Shown here: positions 1-9,418 of the stretch, piece after piece
Layout of the letters: every line of letters starts with the position of its first letter
Position numbering within the stretch: position 1 is the stretch's first letter
Assembly: GCA_964408105.1 (NCBI GenBank)
Contig: CAYOYI010000003.1
Span: 1 to 26,828 of the forward strand
DNA length: 26,828 bases
Reading direction: 5' to 3'
Source: an uncultured Chitinophagaceae bacterium
GTDB lineage: Bacteria; Bacteroidota; Bacteroidia; Chitinophagales; CAIOSU01
The notes under the pieces: model-generated
The model's input: only the letters and a program-made list of their open reading frames with translations
Told to the model about the DNA's origin: nothing
Databases searched by the model: none
Program-made: the position numbers and the translations under genes

Positions 1-1
1 C

Positions 2-2149
2 CCCTCCCACATCCTCCGCCATCAATTCGGCTACTACGAATTCCGCCACAATCAAAAAGCGGTGATTGATAACGTGCTTGCGGGAAGAGATGCATTCGTG
101 CTGATGCCAACGGGTGGTGGAAAATCTTTGTGCTACCAAATTCCCGCGTTGATATTTGAAGGCGTTACGGTTGTGATCTCTCCGCTTATCGCGCTAATGA
201 AAGACCAGGTGGATGCGCTGCGGCTCAATGGCATCAAAGCGGCTTATCTCAATTCAACGTTGTCATCGGCAGAACAGCAATCTGTTATCAACGCACTTCG
301 CGCAAATGAATTGAAGTTACTCTATGTCGCGCCTGAGCGATTGCTGGGCAATGAGGCACAATTCATGCAATTCCTGAAAGGATCGAAAATTTCGTTGTTT
401 GCTATTGATGAAGCGCATTGCATTTCGCAATGGGGACATGATTTCAGACCTGAATACAGGATGCTTTCGCAATTGAAAAAACATTTTCCCGAAACTCCGG
501 TTATTGGGCTCACGGCCACGGCAGACAAGATCACGCAACGTGACATTCTTGAAAAACTGGAGCTGGATCATCCGGGTGTTTTCGTTTCCAGCTTCAACCG
601 TCCTAACATTCATTATTTCATCGAACAAAAGAAGAATCACTATTCGAAATTGCTTGACTATTTAGAGAAACACCGCAATGACTCCGGAATTATTTATTGC
701 CTCTCGCGCGATGCCACAGAGGTGCTGGCTGGAAGGCTTACTGAAGATGGTTTTTCGGCAAAGCCTTATCACGCTGGCCTGGATAAAAATGTTCGTGATA
801 AAACACAGGATGAATTTCTCCGCGATGATGTGAAGATCATTGTCGCAACCATCGCTTTCGGCATGGGCATCAATAAATCAAACGTGCGCTTTGTCATTCA
901 TGCTGACCTGCCGAAGAATGTAGAAAGCTACTACCAGGAAACAGGACGCGCGGGCCGTGATGGTGTGCGAAGCGATGCGATTTTGTTTTACGGCCGTGGC
1001 GATGTGATGAAGCTGAAAATGTTTTGCGAAGTGGAGAATAATCCGGAGCAAACGAAAGTGCTGCTTGACAAGCTGAACAAAATGGCTCAGCTCTGCGAGA
1101 GCCGCGTATGCCGGAGAAAATACCTCCTGAATTATTTCGGAGAAGATGCGCCCGATCATTGTAACAGTTGCGACATCTGCACCGGAAGTTATGAGCAAAG
1201 CGATGCAACCGTGATCGCCCAGAAAGCGCTTTCCGCTGTGGCGAGGTTGGAGGAGCGGTTCGGCATTCATTATATAGTTGACTTCCTGCGTGGTTCAAAA
1301 TCTGAAAAAATCTGGGAGCAGCATAAGCAACTAAAGACTTACGGTGCAGGTGCTGATGTCAGCAAACAGGATTGGCTCAACTATATCCGCGATTTGATTT
1401 CCTACGGTTATTTGAAACAGGATGATGGTGAGCGCCCGGTGTTAAAACTCACAGTGAAAAGCTGGAAGGTGTTGAAAGGGGAGGAAAGAGTGATGCTGTC
1501 AAAGAAGACTGTTGTCAGCGAACCCGAAACAAAAATCCGCAGCAAAACTGAATTGGTTTATGAACCAGATCTGTTGGAAGAACTTGTCAAGCTCAGAAAA
1601 TATCTCGCAAGAAAGGAAGACGTTCCCGCTTACATGATCTTCAGCGACATGACGCTGCACGAACTGGCTGCTTATCTTCCGCACACAAAAGAGGAGATCA
1701 GGAAAATTTCCGGTTTTGGAGACGTTAAAGTTTCCAAATACGGCACTGCTTTTTTGAAAGTGATCCGTGAGTATTGCGAGATTAACCAACTCTCATCTCG
1801 TATCGATTTGAAAACTCCCAAGCGTGAACGAAGTTCTTCTGGCGAGGGGAGAGGCAACACGAGGCTGAAGTCGCTTGAGCTTTTCCGTCAGGGAATACCA
1901 ATTTCGGAAATCGCAAGGATACGTGATTTGACCGCGGGCACGGTAGAGAACCACCTCTGCTCATTTATAATGTCAGGCGAGGTAATGGTCACTGATTTGG
2001 TGGCTGAGGAAAAAATTCCGGTCATAAAGGAGGTTATCCGGAAGATTGGCGGGATGTCGGTTAGCCCGTTTAAAGAGGCTTTGGGAGAAGGCTATAGCTA
2101 TGGAGAGATACGGGCCGTGATGAATTTTATGACAAGGTATAAAGTGTAA
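2..2149 (+). CDS. recQ: ATP-dependent DNA helicase RecQ (5'-truncated; true start lies upstream of the window)
   Basis: Frame is open from base 2 (PSHILRHQFGYYEFRHNQK, the RecQ FGY..FR..Q motif). It contains Walker A TGGGKS, DEAH box, QETGRAGRDG motif VI, Zn cysteines CRR...CNSCDIC, an RQC region, HRDC (YMIFSDMTL) and a C-terminal HTH region typical of Bacteroidota RecQ. Confidence 0.97.
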   Translation, partial: PSHILRHQFGYYEFRHNQKAVIDNVLAGRDAFVLMPTGGGKSLCYQIPALIFEGVTVVISPLIALMKDQVDALRLNGIKAAYLNSTLSSAEQQSVINALRANELKLLYVAPERLLGNEAQFMQFLKGSKISLFAIDEAHCISQWGHDFRPEYRMLSQLKKHFPETPVIGLTATADKITQRDILEKLELDHPGVFVSSFNRPNIHYFIEQKKNHYSKLLDYLEKHRNDSGIIYCLSRDATEVLAGRLTEDGFSAKPYHAGLDKNVRDKTQDEFLRDDVKIIVATIAFGMGINKSNVRFVIHADLPKNVESYYQETGRAGRDGVRSDAILFYGRGDVMKLKMFCEVENNPEQTKVLLDKLNKMAQLCESRVCRRKYLLNYFGEDAPDHCNSCDICTGSYEQSDATVIAQKALSAVARLEERFGIHYIVDFLRGSKSEKIWEQHKQLKTYGAGADVSKQDWLNYIRDLISYGYLKQDDGERPVLKLTVKSWKVLKGEERVMLSKKTVVSEPETKIRSKTELVYEPDLLEELVKLRKYLARKEDVPAYMIFSDMTLHELAAYLPHTKEEIRKISGFGDVKVSKYGTAFLKVIREYCEINQLSSRIDLKTPKRERSSSGEGRGNTRLKSLELFRQGIPISEIARIRDLTAGTVENHLCSFIMSGEVMVTDLVAEEKIPVIKEVIRKIGGMSVSPFKEALGEGYSYGEIRAVMNFMTRYKV

Positions 2150-2175
2150 GCAATTTCACCTAATACTACTCCACT

Positions 2176-2197
2176 AAGCCTTACCTGAAAAGGTTTT
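2176..2197 (+). terminator. Possible weak intrinsic terminator after recQ
   Basis: AAGCCTT-N7-AAGGTTT can pair with one G-U. The stem is weak and the U-tract is short. Confidence 0.25.
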
Positions 2198-2228
2198 CAA
2201 CATCCGCTCAAAATTTTTTTTCGTTTTG

Positions 2229-2259
2229 TTGTTTGTGTTGAGTTCGTAGCTTATGTTTG
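2229..2259 (+). promoter_or_regulatory. Bacteroidota primary-sigma promoter of the act-cox operon
   Basis: Exact -7 box TAnnTTTG (TATGTTTG, 2252-2259). TTG at 2229-2231 lies 20 nt upstream, and the surrounding sequence is TTTG-rich. The box ends 56 nt before the actA ATG. Confidence 0.7.
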
Positions 2260-2269
2260 CACCGCCAAT

Positions 2270-2299
2270 TTTGACACTCCCGTGACAAACTCTGTCAAA
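2270..2299. promoter_or_regulatory. Candidate operator: TTGACA-N5-GTGACA-N5-TGTCAA
   Basis: Inverted repeat TTTGACA (2270-2276) / TGTCAAA (2293-2299) with a third TGACA (2283-2287). It lies immediately downstream of the -7 box. Confidence 0.45.
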
Positions 2300-2315
2300 C
2301 AACCGAAAACCCCCG

Positions 2316-3665
2316 ATGAACTGTAGGAAAGTCGTTTGCCTCTCTTTGATTTTTTCAGTTTTACTGATTTCAAGTTTTTCCGTTATCGCAGAGCCAACCG
2401 AAGCGGTTTTGGCCGGGGAAAAGCTGTTTAAAACCAGTTGTGCAAGCTGCCACAAAGTTGACAAGAAGCTCATCGGCCCGGCACTTCAAGGCGTTGAGCA
2501 GCGCTGGATTGATGCCGGTGATTTTGACGGCAAAGCCGGGAGGGAATGGCTGAACATTTGGATCCGTAATTCATCTGAAGCTATTAAAGCAGGGTATCCT
2601 TATGCTGTTGAAATGAGCAAGTTCGATGCACAGGTGATGACGGCTTTTCCGCAGCTTACAGATGCCGACATAGCGAATATTTTGACTTATGTAGAGAACG
2701 TTCCCCCTCCACCGTCTCCTCCTGGAGGAGAAGTTGCTGCTCCGTCTGGGTCAGGAGAAAACACACAACTGTTCTTATATGGGCTTGTTATCGTCCTTGT
2801 TCTTGTAATCCTGTTTTTAGGTAAGCTGTTATCTAATCTCAACAAGATGGTTTTGGAAAAACAAGGCCTTCCAATTCCCATACCTGTTCCATTTTATAAA
2901 GACAAGAAATTTGCAGTGACAATCGGCTTATTGCTGGTAATATACATCGGGTATGCCGCAGTTAATGAGGCCATCAACCTGGGCAGGCAGCAGGGTTATA
3001 TGCCTGAGCAGCCTATTAAGTTCTCTCACAAACTGCATGCGGGTATTGATAAAATTGATTGCCAGTATTGCCACTCAAGCGCAGCAAAGAGTAAAACTTC
3101 GGGCATTCCTTCAGTGAATGTATGTATGAACTGCCATAAGGGAATTCAAGAGGGAGCAATAAATGGGAAATACGGCCGCAGGGAGATCACTAAGATTTAT
3201 GCTGCTGCCGGATTTGATCCCAATACCTTGAGCTATCATAAGCTGGATGATGATTCCGCTGCAATGAAACTATACGCAGAATGGCTGAAGGGAGACGAAA
3301 AACACAAGTACACCCAGGAAGATATTGATGAGGTTACTTCATTCGTCAATAAGCCTGTTGAATGGGTTAGGATTCACAACCTCCCGGATCACGTTTATTT
3401 TAATCACTCGCAACACGTAACTGTTGCCGGTTTACAATGTCAGACTTGCCACGGCCCGGTAGAGACCATGGAAGAAGTTTACCAGTTTGCTCCTCTGTCC
3501 ATGGGATGGTGCCTGAATTGTCACAGAACCAACGAAGTGAGCTTTGCACAGAATAATTATTACGAGGATTACCACCGCCTGCATGAGCAATTAAAGGAAG
3601 GCAAGATTGATAAAGTTACGGTGGAAACAATCGGTGGCACGGAATGTCAAAAGTGTCATTATTAA
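2316..3665 (+). CDS. actA: Alternative complex III subunit A: hexaheme cytochrome c (monoheme domain + 2 TM + pentaheme domain)
   Basis: Signal peptide followed by six CxxCH motifs (CASCH, CQYCH, CMNCH, CQTCH, CLNCH, CQKCH). Two TM helices separate hemes 1 and 2. ActA motifs QPIKFSHKLHAG, WVRIHNLPDHVYFNHSQH and MGWCLNCH are present. Confidence 0.95.
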   Translation: MNCRKVVCLSLIFSVLLISSFSVIAEPTEAVLAGEKLFKTSCASCHKVDKKLIGPALQGVEQRWIDAGDFDGKAGREWLNIWIRNSSEAIKAGYPYAVEMSKFDAQVMTAFPQLTDADIANILTYVENVPPPPSPPGGEVAAPSGSGENTQLFLYGLVIVLVLVILFLGKLLSNLNKMVLEKQGLPIPIPVPFYKDKKFAVTIGLLLVIYIGYAAVNEAINLGRQQGYMPEQPIKFSHKLHAGIDKIDCQYCHSSAAKSKTSGIPSVNVCMNCHKGIQEGAINGKYGRREITKIYAAAGFDPNTLSYHKLDDDSAAMKLYAEWLKGDEKHKYTQEDIDEVTSFVNKPVEWVRIHNLPDHVYFNHSQHVTVAGLQCQTCHGPVETMEEVYQFAPLSMGWCLNCHRTNEVSFAQNNYYEDYHRLHEQLKEGKIDKVTVETIGGTECQKCHY

Positions 3666-3680
3666 AAATCACGACTACGA

Positions 3681-6600
3681 ATGTCGAACGAAATGAAATA
3701 CTGGAAGGGACTGGAAGAAAAGGAAAGTAACGCCAATTCCAAACTGGCAGATGAATTTCCGGATGAGCTTCCGGTGACCGGGAGTCTGGAAAATGTGGGG
3801 AAAGCTCCTTCGAGCAGGCGTGACTTTCTCAAGATGATGGGCTTCAGCGTTACCGCTGCTACGGTTGCAGCAAGTTGCGAGATGCCGGTGAGGAAATCCA
3901 TCCCTTATGTGGTTAAGCCTGATGAGATCACTCCCGGTGTAGCTAATTATTATGCTTCCACTTATGCTGAAGGCGGAGATTATTGCAGTGTTTTGGTGAA
4001 GACAAGAGAGGGTCGTCCGATCAAGATTGAAGGGAATAAGCTATCTAAGATTACTAATGGCGGAACCAGCGCTGTTGCTCAGGCTTCAGTACTTGGATTA
4101 TATGATAATTACCGCTTGCAAAGGCCATCAGCGAACGGTGAAAAAATAAGCTGGAAGAAAGTTGATGAAGCGATCACCACTGAACTGGCTGCAATAGCGG
4201 CTTCGGGTGGACAAATAAGGATTCTTTCATCAACTATTCTCAGCCCTTCCACGAAGCAAATCATCAATGACTTTATAGCTAAATACCCGACTGCGAAGCA
4301 TGTTACTTATGATGCCGTATCCTGCACGGGAGTTTTAAAGGCCAATGAATCATCTTTCGGAAAAAAGGTGGTTCCGAATTATCGTTTTGATAAAGCGGAT
4401 TTGATCGTTAGCGTGGGCGCTGATTTCCTCGGAACATGGATCTCACCTGTGGAGTTTGCTACCCAATATGCCAGCCGCAGAAAAGTTTACAAGGAGAATA
4501 GGAAGATGAACCGCCATGTTCAGGTTGAATCATACCTCTCGCTTACTGGCAGCAATGCCGATACGAGAATTCCGGTGAAGCCTACACAGGAAAATTCGGC
4601 TTTACTTCATTTATATAATGTAGTGGCTTCCCGTTCGGGTGCGCAAAACATTTCACTGCCTGAATTGGATGCTGTGGTGAAAAGCAGTTTAGCCAAAGTA
4701 GGTGATGAATTGGTGGCAGCTAAAGGCAAGTCATTGGTGGTGTGCGGGTTGAATGATGTGAATGCCCAACTCATTACGAATGCGATAAATAATCTGTTGG
4801 GCAATTACGGCTCAACTATTGATTTCACCAATGCATCTTATCAAAGGCAGGGTGATGATTCAGCAATGAACGATTTGGTAAAGGAACTGGGCAGTGTTGA
4901 TGCTTTGCTTGTTATTGATGCTAATCCGGTTTACAATTACCCGGATGCCGAAACATTCAAAAAGGGATTGGAAAAAGTGAAGCTGTCAGTTTCTCTGAAT
5001 TCAAAGAAAGACGAAACAACAGCTTTATGCAAATACGTTTGCCCGAGCCATCATTACCTGGAATCATGGAATGATGCCGAACCAAAAGCAGGTTATTATA
5101 GTATCACGCAGCCAACCATTGCTCCGCTTTTCAAAACCCGCCAGGCTGCTGACAGCCTTCTGAAATGGATAGGTTCCGATGTTTCCTACTATGATTATAT
5201 CAGGAGCTACTGGAAGCAAAATATTTTCCCGAAACAAACACAATTCGTGTCTTTCGATGTTCTTTGGGATAGGGCAGTGCATGACGGGGTGTTTGATCTC
5301 GCATTGGCGCCAGAGATGCCAGTATTCAACTCAATTGACGTTGCCAGTGTCGGAGCGGCTTTGGCAAAAACGGTTAGCGGAGAAGGACTTGAGCTGATCG
5401 TTTATGAAAAGGTAGGGATTAGAGACGGAAAATTTGCCGATAACCCGTGGCTTCAGGAATTGCCCGATCCGGTATCAAAGATCGCATGGGACAATTACGC
5501 AGCAGTTTCCAAAAAGACTGCCGAGCAGCACGGTTTCAGCAAGGCCTTATACAAAATGAACGAAAGCGTTGGCACAGAAACTGACTTGGTGAAACTGAGC
5601 GCCAACGGTTATGAAATAACTATTCCTGTAATAATTCAGCCGGGAACACCTGATAATACTGTCGCAGTTGCGCTTGGTTATGGCAGGGTAATGGACAGAC
5701 AAAAAGATCAGGAAGTTGTTGGACAGAATGTGTTCCCGTTCATGCAGTCAAAAAACGGGTTATTTGTAAAATACTCTTCCGGAGCAAGTATTGAGCTTGC
5801 CTCCACGGATGCTTACAGGATCGCTCAAACGCAGATGCATCATTCTATCCAAACTCCGATGGAGAAGGTTGGTAAGAATATTGAGCGGAGAATTGTGAAG
5901 GAAACAACGCTGAAAGAATACACTGCTAATCCTTATGCAGGCAATGAAGACCGTGAAGAGATTCAAAAACATTTGAAATCGCTTTACCCGGCAAATCCCA
6001 ATTTAAAGAATGGGCATCACTGGGAAATGACGATTGACCTGAGCACTTGTATCGGTTGCAGCGCTTGCGTGGTTGCATGTAATGCAGAAAACAACGTTCC
6101 GGTTGTAGGCAAGCTGGAAGTTTCCCGTTCAAGAGAAATGCACTGGCTCAGGATTGACCGATATTTCGCAGGAAGTGATGAAAATCCATCGGTGATTTTC
6201 CAGCCTATGCTTTGTCAGCATTGCGACAATGCTCCGTGTGAAAACGTTTGTCCCGTTTCTGCAACCAACCACAGCAATGAGGGTTTGAACCAAATGGCTT
6301 ATAACCGGTGCTTCGGTACTCGCTATTGTGCTAACAATTGTCCTTTTAAAGTAAGAAGGTTCAATTGGTTTGATTATATGGGAGCCGACAGCTTCTTTGC
6401 CGGAACCATCTTCAATAATGACAAGGACGAATTTCAGATGACTGAAGATCTGACGAGGATGGTGCTGAATCCGGATGTCACCATCCGATCAAGAGGGGTG
6501 ATGGAGAAATGTTCGTTCTGCGCACAGCGGATTCAGGCAGGAAAGTTGAAAGCCAAGAGTGCCGGACGACCATTGCAGGAAGATGATATTGTGGTGGCCT

Positions 6601-6776
6601 GTCAGGATGCCTGCCCGACCAATGCTATTTCATTCGGTGATCTGAACAATGAAAAGAGCACGGTTTCAAAAATAGCTGCGGATGAACGCGGATTTAAGGT
6701 GCTTGAAGAATTACACGTATTGCCTTCCATAACTTATCTGACAAAGGTTAGAAATAAAGTGAGCGAGGAAGCATAA
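3681..6776 (+). CDS. actB: Alternative complex III subunit B (Tat-exported molybdopterin-oxidoreductase-like domain + Fe-S domain; probable lipoprotein)
   Basis: Tat motif SRRDFLK, lipobox-like VAAS-C66 and GRPIKIEGN. The C-terminal domain has 15 Cys (CIGCSACVVAC, CQHC..PCENVCP, CFGTRYCANNCP, CSFC, CQDACP). Gene order follows actA. Confidence 0.95.
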   Translation: MSNEMKYWKGLEEKESNANSKLADEFPDELPVTGSLENVGKAPSSRRDFLKMMGFSVTAATVAASCEMPVRKSIPYVVKPDEITPGVANYYASTYAEGGDYCSVLVKTREGRPIKIEGNKLSKITNGGTSAVAQASVLGLYDNYRLQRPSANGEKISWKKVDEAITTELAAIAASGGQIRILSSTILSPSTKQIINDFIAKYPTAKHVTYDAVSCTGVLKANESSFGKKVVPNYRFDKADLIVSVGADFLGTWISPVEFATQYASRRKVYKENRKMNRHVQVESYLSLTGSNADTRIPVKPTQENSALLHLYNVVASRSGAQNISLPELDAVVKSSLAKVGDELVAAKGKSLVVCGLNDVNAQLITNAINNLLGNYGSTIDFTNASYQRQGDDSAMNDLVKELGSVDALLVIDANPVYNYPDAETFKKGLEKVKLSVSLNSKKDETTALCKYVCPSHHYLESWNDAEPKAGYYSITQPTIAPLFKTRQAADSLLKWIGSDVSYYDYIRSYWKQNIFPKQTQFVSFDVLWDRAVHDGVFDLALAPEMPVFNSIDVASVGAALAKTVSGEGLELIVYEKVGIRDGKFADNPWLQELPDPVSKIAWDNYAAVSKKTAEQHGFSKALYKMNESVGTETDLVKLSANGYEITIPVIIQPGTPDNTVAVALGYGRVMDRQKDQEVVGQNVFPFMQSKNGLFVKYSSGASIELASTDAYRIAQTQMHHSIQTPMEKVGKNIERRIVKETTLKEYTANPYAGNEDREEIQKHLKSLYPANPNLKNGHHWEMTIDLSTCIGCSACVVACNAENNVPVVGKLEVSRSREMHWLRIDRYFAGSDENPSVIFQPMLCQHCDNAPCENVCPVSATNHSNEGLNQMAYNRCFGTRYCANNCPFKVRRFNWFDYMGADSFFAGTIFNNDKDEFQMTEDLTRMVLNPDVTIRSRGVMEKCSFCAQRIQAGKLKAKSAGRPLQEDDIVVACQDACPTNAISFGDLNNEKSTVSKIAADERGFKVLEELHVLPSITYLTKVRNKVSEEA

Positions 6777-6786
6777 AAGAACAAAG

Positions 6787-8223
6787 ATGTCAGCCTACGA
6801 ATCATCCATAAGAGAGCCCTTAGTTAAAGGTGATAAGAGTTATCATCAGATAACGAGGGATATCGTCCGCTCTACCGAAGGGATACCTCCGTTGAGTTGG
6901 TTTGCCATTACCGGTTTAACGGCAACGTTTATGACAGGCGGTATTGTTGCAATTCTTTACACCATTTGGATGGGTATCGGAGCTTGGGGATTGAACAGAA
7001 CCATTGGGTGGGCATGGGACATCACCAACTTCGTTTGGTGGATCGGGATTGGTCACGCGGGAACATTGATCTCAGCAATCCTTCTCATCTTCCGCCAGAG
7101 ATGGAGGACAGGTATCAACCGCTCGGCAGAAGCCATGACAATATTTGCGGTGTTATGTGCGGCTTTGTTCCCCGGAATTCACATGGGACGAATCTGGGAT
7201 GCATTCTTCATTTTCCCGTATCCGAATACGCGCGGTCCGCTGTGGCCGAATTTTAACTCACCGCTTTTATGGGACGTTTTCGCGATCTCAACCTACTTTA
7301 CGGTTTCACTGCTGTTCTGGTATTCAGGACTGCTGCCTGATTTCGCAACAATCCGTGACCAGGCGAAATCTAAATTCCGCAAATTCATTTACAACAAATT
7401 AAGCTGGGGCTGGACGGGCTCAACCAAGCATTGGCAAAGGTTTGAATCATTGTCATTGGTTCTTGCAGGGTTGTCAACCCCGCTGGTGCTTTCGGTTCAC
7501 ACTATAGTTTCGTTCGACTTTGCGACATCGGTGATTCCCGGCTGGCATACTACCATCTTCCCTCCATATTTCGTTGCTGGGGCTATCTTTTCCGGATTTG
7601 CGATGGTGCTCACGCTGATGATTATTGCGCGAAAAGCTTTGAAGCTTGAGGATTATATAACGATCGGCCATATTGAGTCCATGAACAAGGTCATTATCCT
7701 TACAGGCTCGATAGTTGGGGTTGCCTACCTAACCGAATTATTCATGGCGTGGTACTCAGGATATATGTATGAGCAATATGCTTTCTATAACCGCGCACTT
7801 GGTCCCTACTGGTGGGCATATTGGATCATGATGTCGTGCAACGTGATCTCGCCTCAATTATTCTGGTTTAAGGGTCTTAGGAGAAGTGTTGCTTTCACTT
7901 TCCTCATGTCAATCGTGATCAATATCGGGATGTGGTTCGAGCGTTTTGTGATCATCGTTACATCGCTCCACCGTGATTTTCTCCCGTCAAGCTGGTCGTA
8001 CTATAGCCCCACCATAGTGGAGATTGGAATTTATACCGGAACACTTGGAATATTCTTCACATTGTTCCTGCTATTTGCCAGGTCATTTCCTGTTGTTGCA
8101 ATTGCGGAAGTGAAAGCTATTTTGAAGATTTCGGGTGAAACACAAAAGCAGCATCAGCATGAACCGGAGATTGGTCATGCACATGGAGGAGAATTGGCCG
8201 GAGCATTAAGAAATAAAGAATAA
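6787..8223 (+). CDS. actC: Alternative complex III subunit C (NrfD/PsrC-family quinol-oxidising membrane subunit)
   Basis: Polytopic membrane protein with WDITNFVWWIGIGHAGTLISA, RSAEAMT, IHMGR, SPLLWDVFA, HTIVSFDFA and GMWFERFVII. Confidence 0.95.
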   Translation: MSAYESSIREPLVKGDKSYHQITRDIVRSTEGIPPLSWFAITGLTATFMTGGIVAILYTIWMGIGAWGLNRTIGWAWDITNFVWWIGIGHAGTLISAILLIFRQRWRTGINRSAEAMTIFAVLCAALFPGIHMGRIWDAFFIFPYPNTRGPLWPNFNSPLLWDVFAISTYFTVSLLFWYSGLLPDFATIRDQAKSKFRKFIYNKLSWGWTGSTKHWQRFESLSLVLAGLSTPLVLSVHTIVSFDFATSVIPGWHTTIFPPYFVAGAIFSGFAMVLTLMIIARKALKLEDYITIGHIESMNKVIILTGSIVGVAYLTELFMAWYSGYMYEQYAFYNRALGPYWWAYWIMMSCNVISPQLFWFKGLRRSVAFTFLMSIVINIGMWFERFVIIVTSLHRDFLPSSWSYYSPTIVEIGIYTGTLGIFFTLFLLFARSFPVVAIAEVKAILKISGETQKQHQHEPEIGHAHGGELAGALRNKE

Positions 8224-8230
8224 TTGTCCA

Positions 8231-8743
8231 ATGAGTAAGTACATAGTTGGTTTGTTCGATGATGATGAGGTGCTCCTTAAGGCTGCCAAAGCAGTAAGGA
8301 ATGCCGGTGTAAAAATCATGGATGTATTTACGCCATACCCCGTGCATGGCCTGGATGCTGCAATAGGCTTGAAGGATTCGAGGCTGCATACTGTGGGTTT
8401 CATTGCAGGGGCCTGTGGGTGTCTCTTCGCTGTTTCTTTCATTATCTGGACTAATACGGTTAGCTATCCAATAAACTTTGGCGGAAAGCCATACTTGTCA
8501 CTTCCATCGTATATCCCTATCACGTTTGAGGTAACGGTGTTGTCCGCTGCGGTGACAATGGTTGTCAGTTTTTTCGCGCGTTGCGGATTTTCATTGATAA
8601 AAGAACCCAGGATATTCGATGAGCGCACAACCGATGACAAATTTGCTATGGTGTTTTCGGCTGAGGAAGTGGAAGAAGGAAAAGTGAAGGAGCTCCTGAA
8701 GCAGCACGGTGCAATTGAAGTGAATGAAAAAGTTTTTGAATAA
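8231..8743 (+). CDS. actD: Alternative complex III subunit D (DUF3341 type)
   Basis: FTPYPVHGLD motif, two TM helices, GGKP..S.PSYIPITFE and position between actC and actE. Confidence 0.92.
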   Translation: MSKYIVGLFDDDEVLLKAAKAVRNAGVKIMDVFTPYPVHGLDAAIGLKDSRLHTVGFIAGACGCLFAVSFIIWTNTVSYPINFGGKPYLSLPSYIPITFEVTVLSAAVTMVVSFFARCGFSLIKEPRIFDERTTDDKFAMVFSAEEVEEGKVKELLKQHGAIEVNEKVFE

Positions 8744-8749
8744 AGTGAC

Positions 8750-9415
8750 ATGAAAAGACTCAACCTAATTCCGGCTTTGGTACTCTTGATTGTTGTTGTA
8801 TTATCATCATGCAGCAGGGATCCGAAGAGCACTGGCAGAATTTATATGCCGGATATGACTTATTCACAAGCTTACGAGACTTATACAACCAACCCGAATT
8901 TCAGCGATGGTCAGACCGCACGCAAACCCGTGAGCGGAACAATCCCAAGGGGCACGCTGTCTGAAGACGTTCAGCCGGAAAGTTCGCACAAGTCGTATCT
9001 CTATAAAACTTATTATGCCGATCATCCTGATGATTATGAGAAGGCAGGAGTGGAGTTGACGAATCCAATTGCGCTGAATGATGAAACGCTTGCGGAAGGG
9101 AAGAAGATATATACGATTTACTGCCAGGTCTGTCACGGAGAAAAGGGAGATGGGCAGGGTTCTATTGTCGAAACGGGTGCTTATCCTCCCGTAAATCCTT
9201 ATACTACATTGCTAAAGGATAAGCCAGAAGGAAAAATGTTCCATTCGATCACCTATGGCAGAAACCTTATGGGAAGCTACGCTTCACAGGTTACGGTTGA
9301 AGAAAGATGGAAGGTGATCTACTATATTCAGAAGCTATCTGGAATGGGACGATTTGCAGCTCAGCCAGCGCCTGCGGAAAATGCCGCAAGCGCCAGCGCA
9401 AACCAAACGAATTAA
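8750..9415 (+). CDS. actE: Alternative complex III subunit E (monoheme cytochrome c lipoprotein)
   Basis: Lipobox VLSS-C, YMPDM.YS, single CQVCH, distal Met in LMGSYA and ERWKVIYYI. Confidence 0.93.
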   Translation: MKRLNLIPALVLLIVVVLSSCSRDPKSTGRIYMPDMTYSQAYETYTTNPNFSDGQTARKPVSGTIPRGTLSEDVQPESSHKSYLYKTYYADHPDDYEKAGVELTNPIALNDETLAEGKKIYTIYCQVCHGEKGDGQGSIVETGAYPPVNPYTTLLKDKPEGKMFHSITYGRNLMGSYASQVTVEERWKVIYYIQKLSGMGRFAAQPAPAENAASASANQTN

Positions 9416-9418
9416 GAA

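Noticed and set aside
2271-2276. TTGACA as an E. coli-type -35 box
   Set aside because: There is no TATAAT-like -10 at 17 bp (the sequence there is GTCAAA), and a Bacteroidota-type -7 box lies upstream. It is better explained as part of the repeat array.
3681-6000. ActB as an active molybdoenzyme
   Set aside because: In characterised ACIII the homologous domain carries no Mo cofactor, and no Moco genes or clear Mo ligand motif are seen here.
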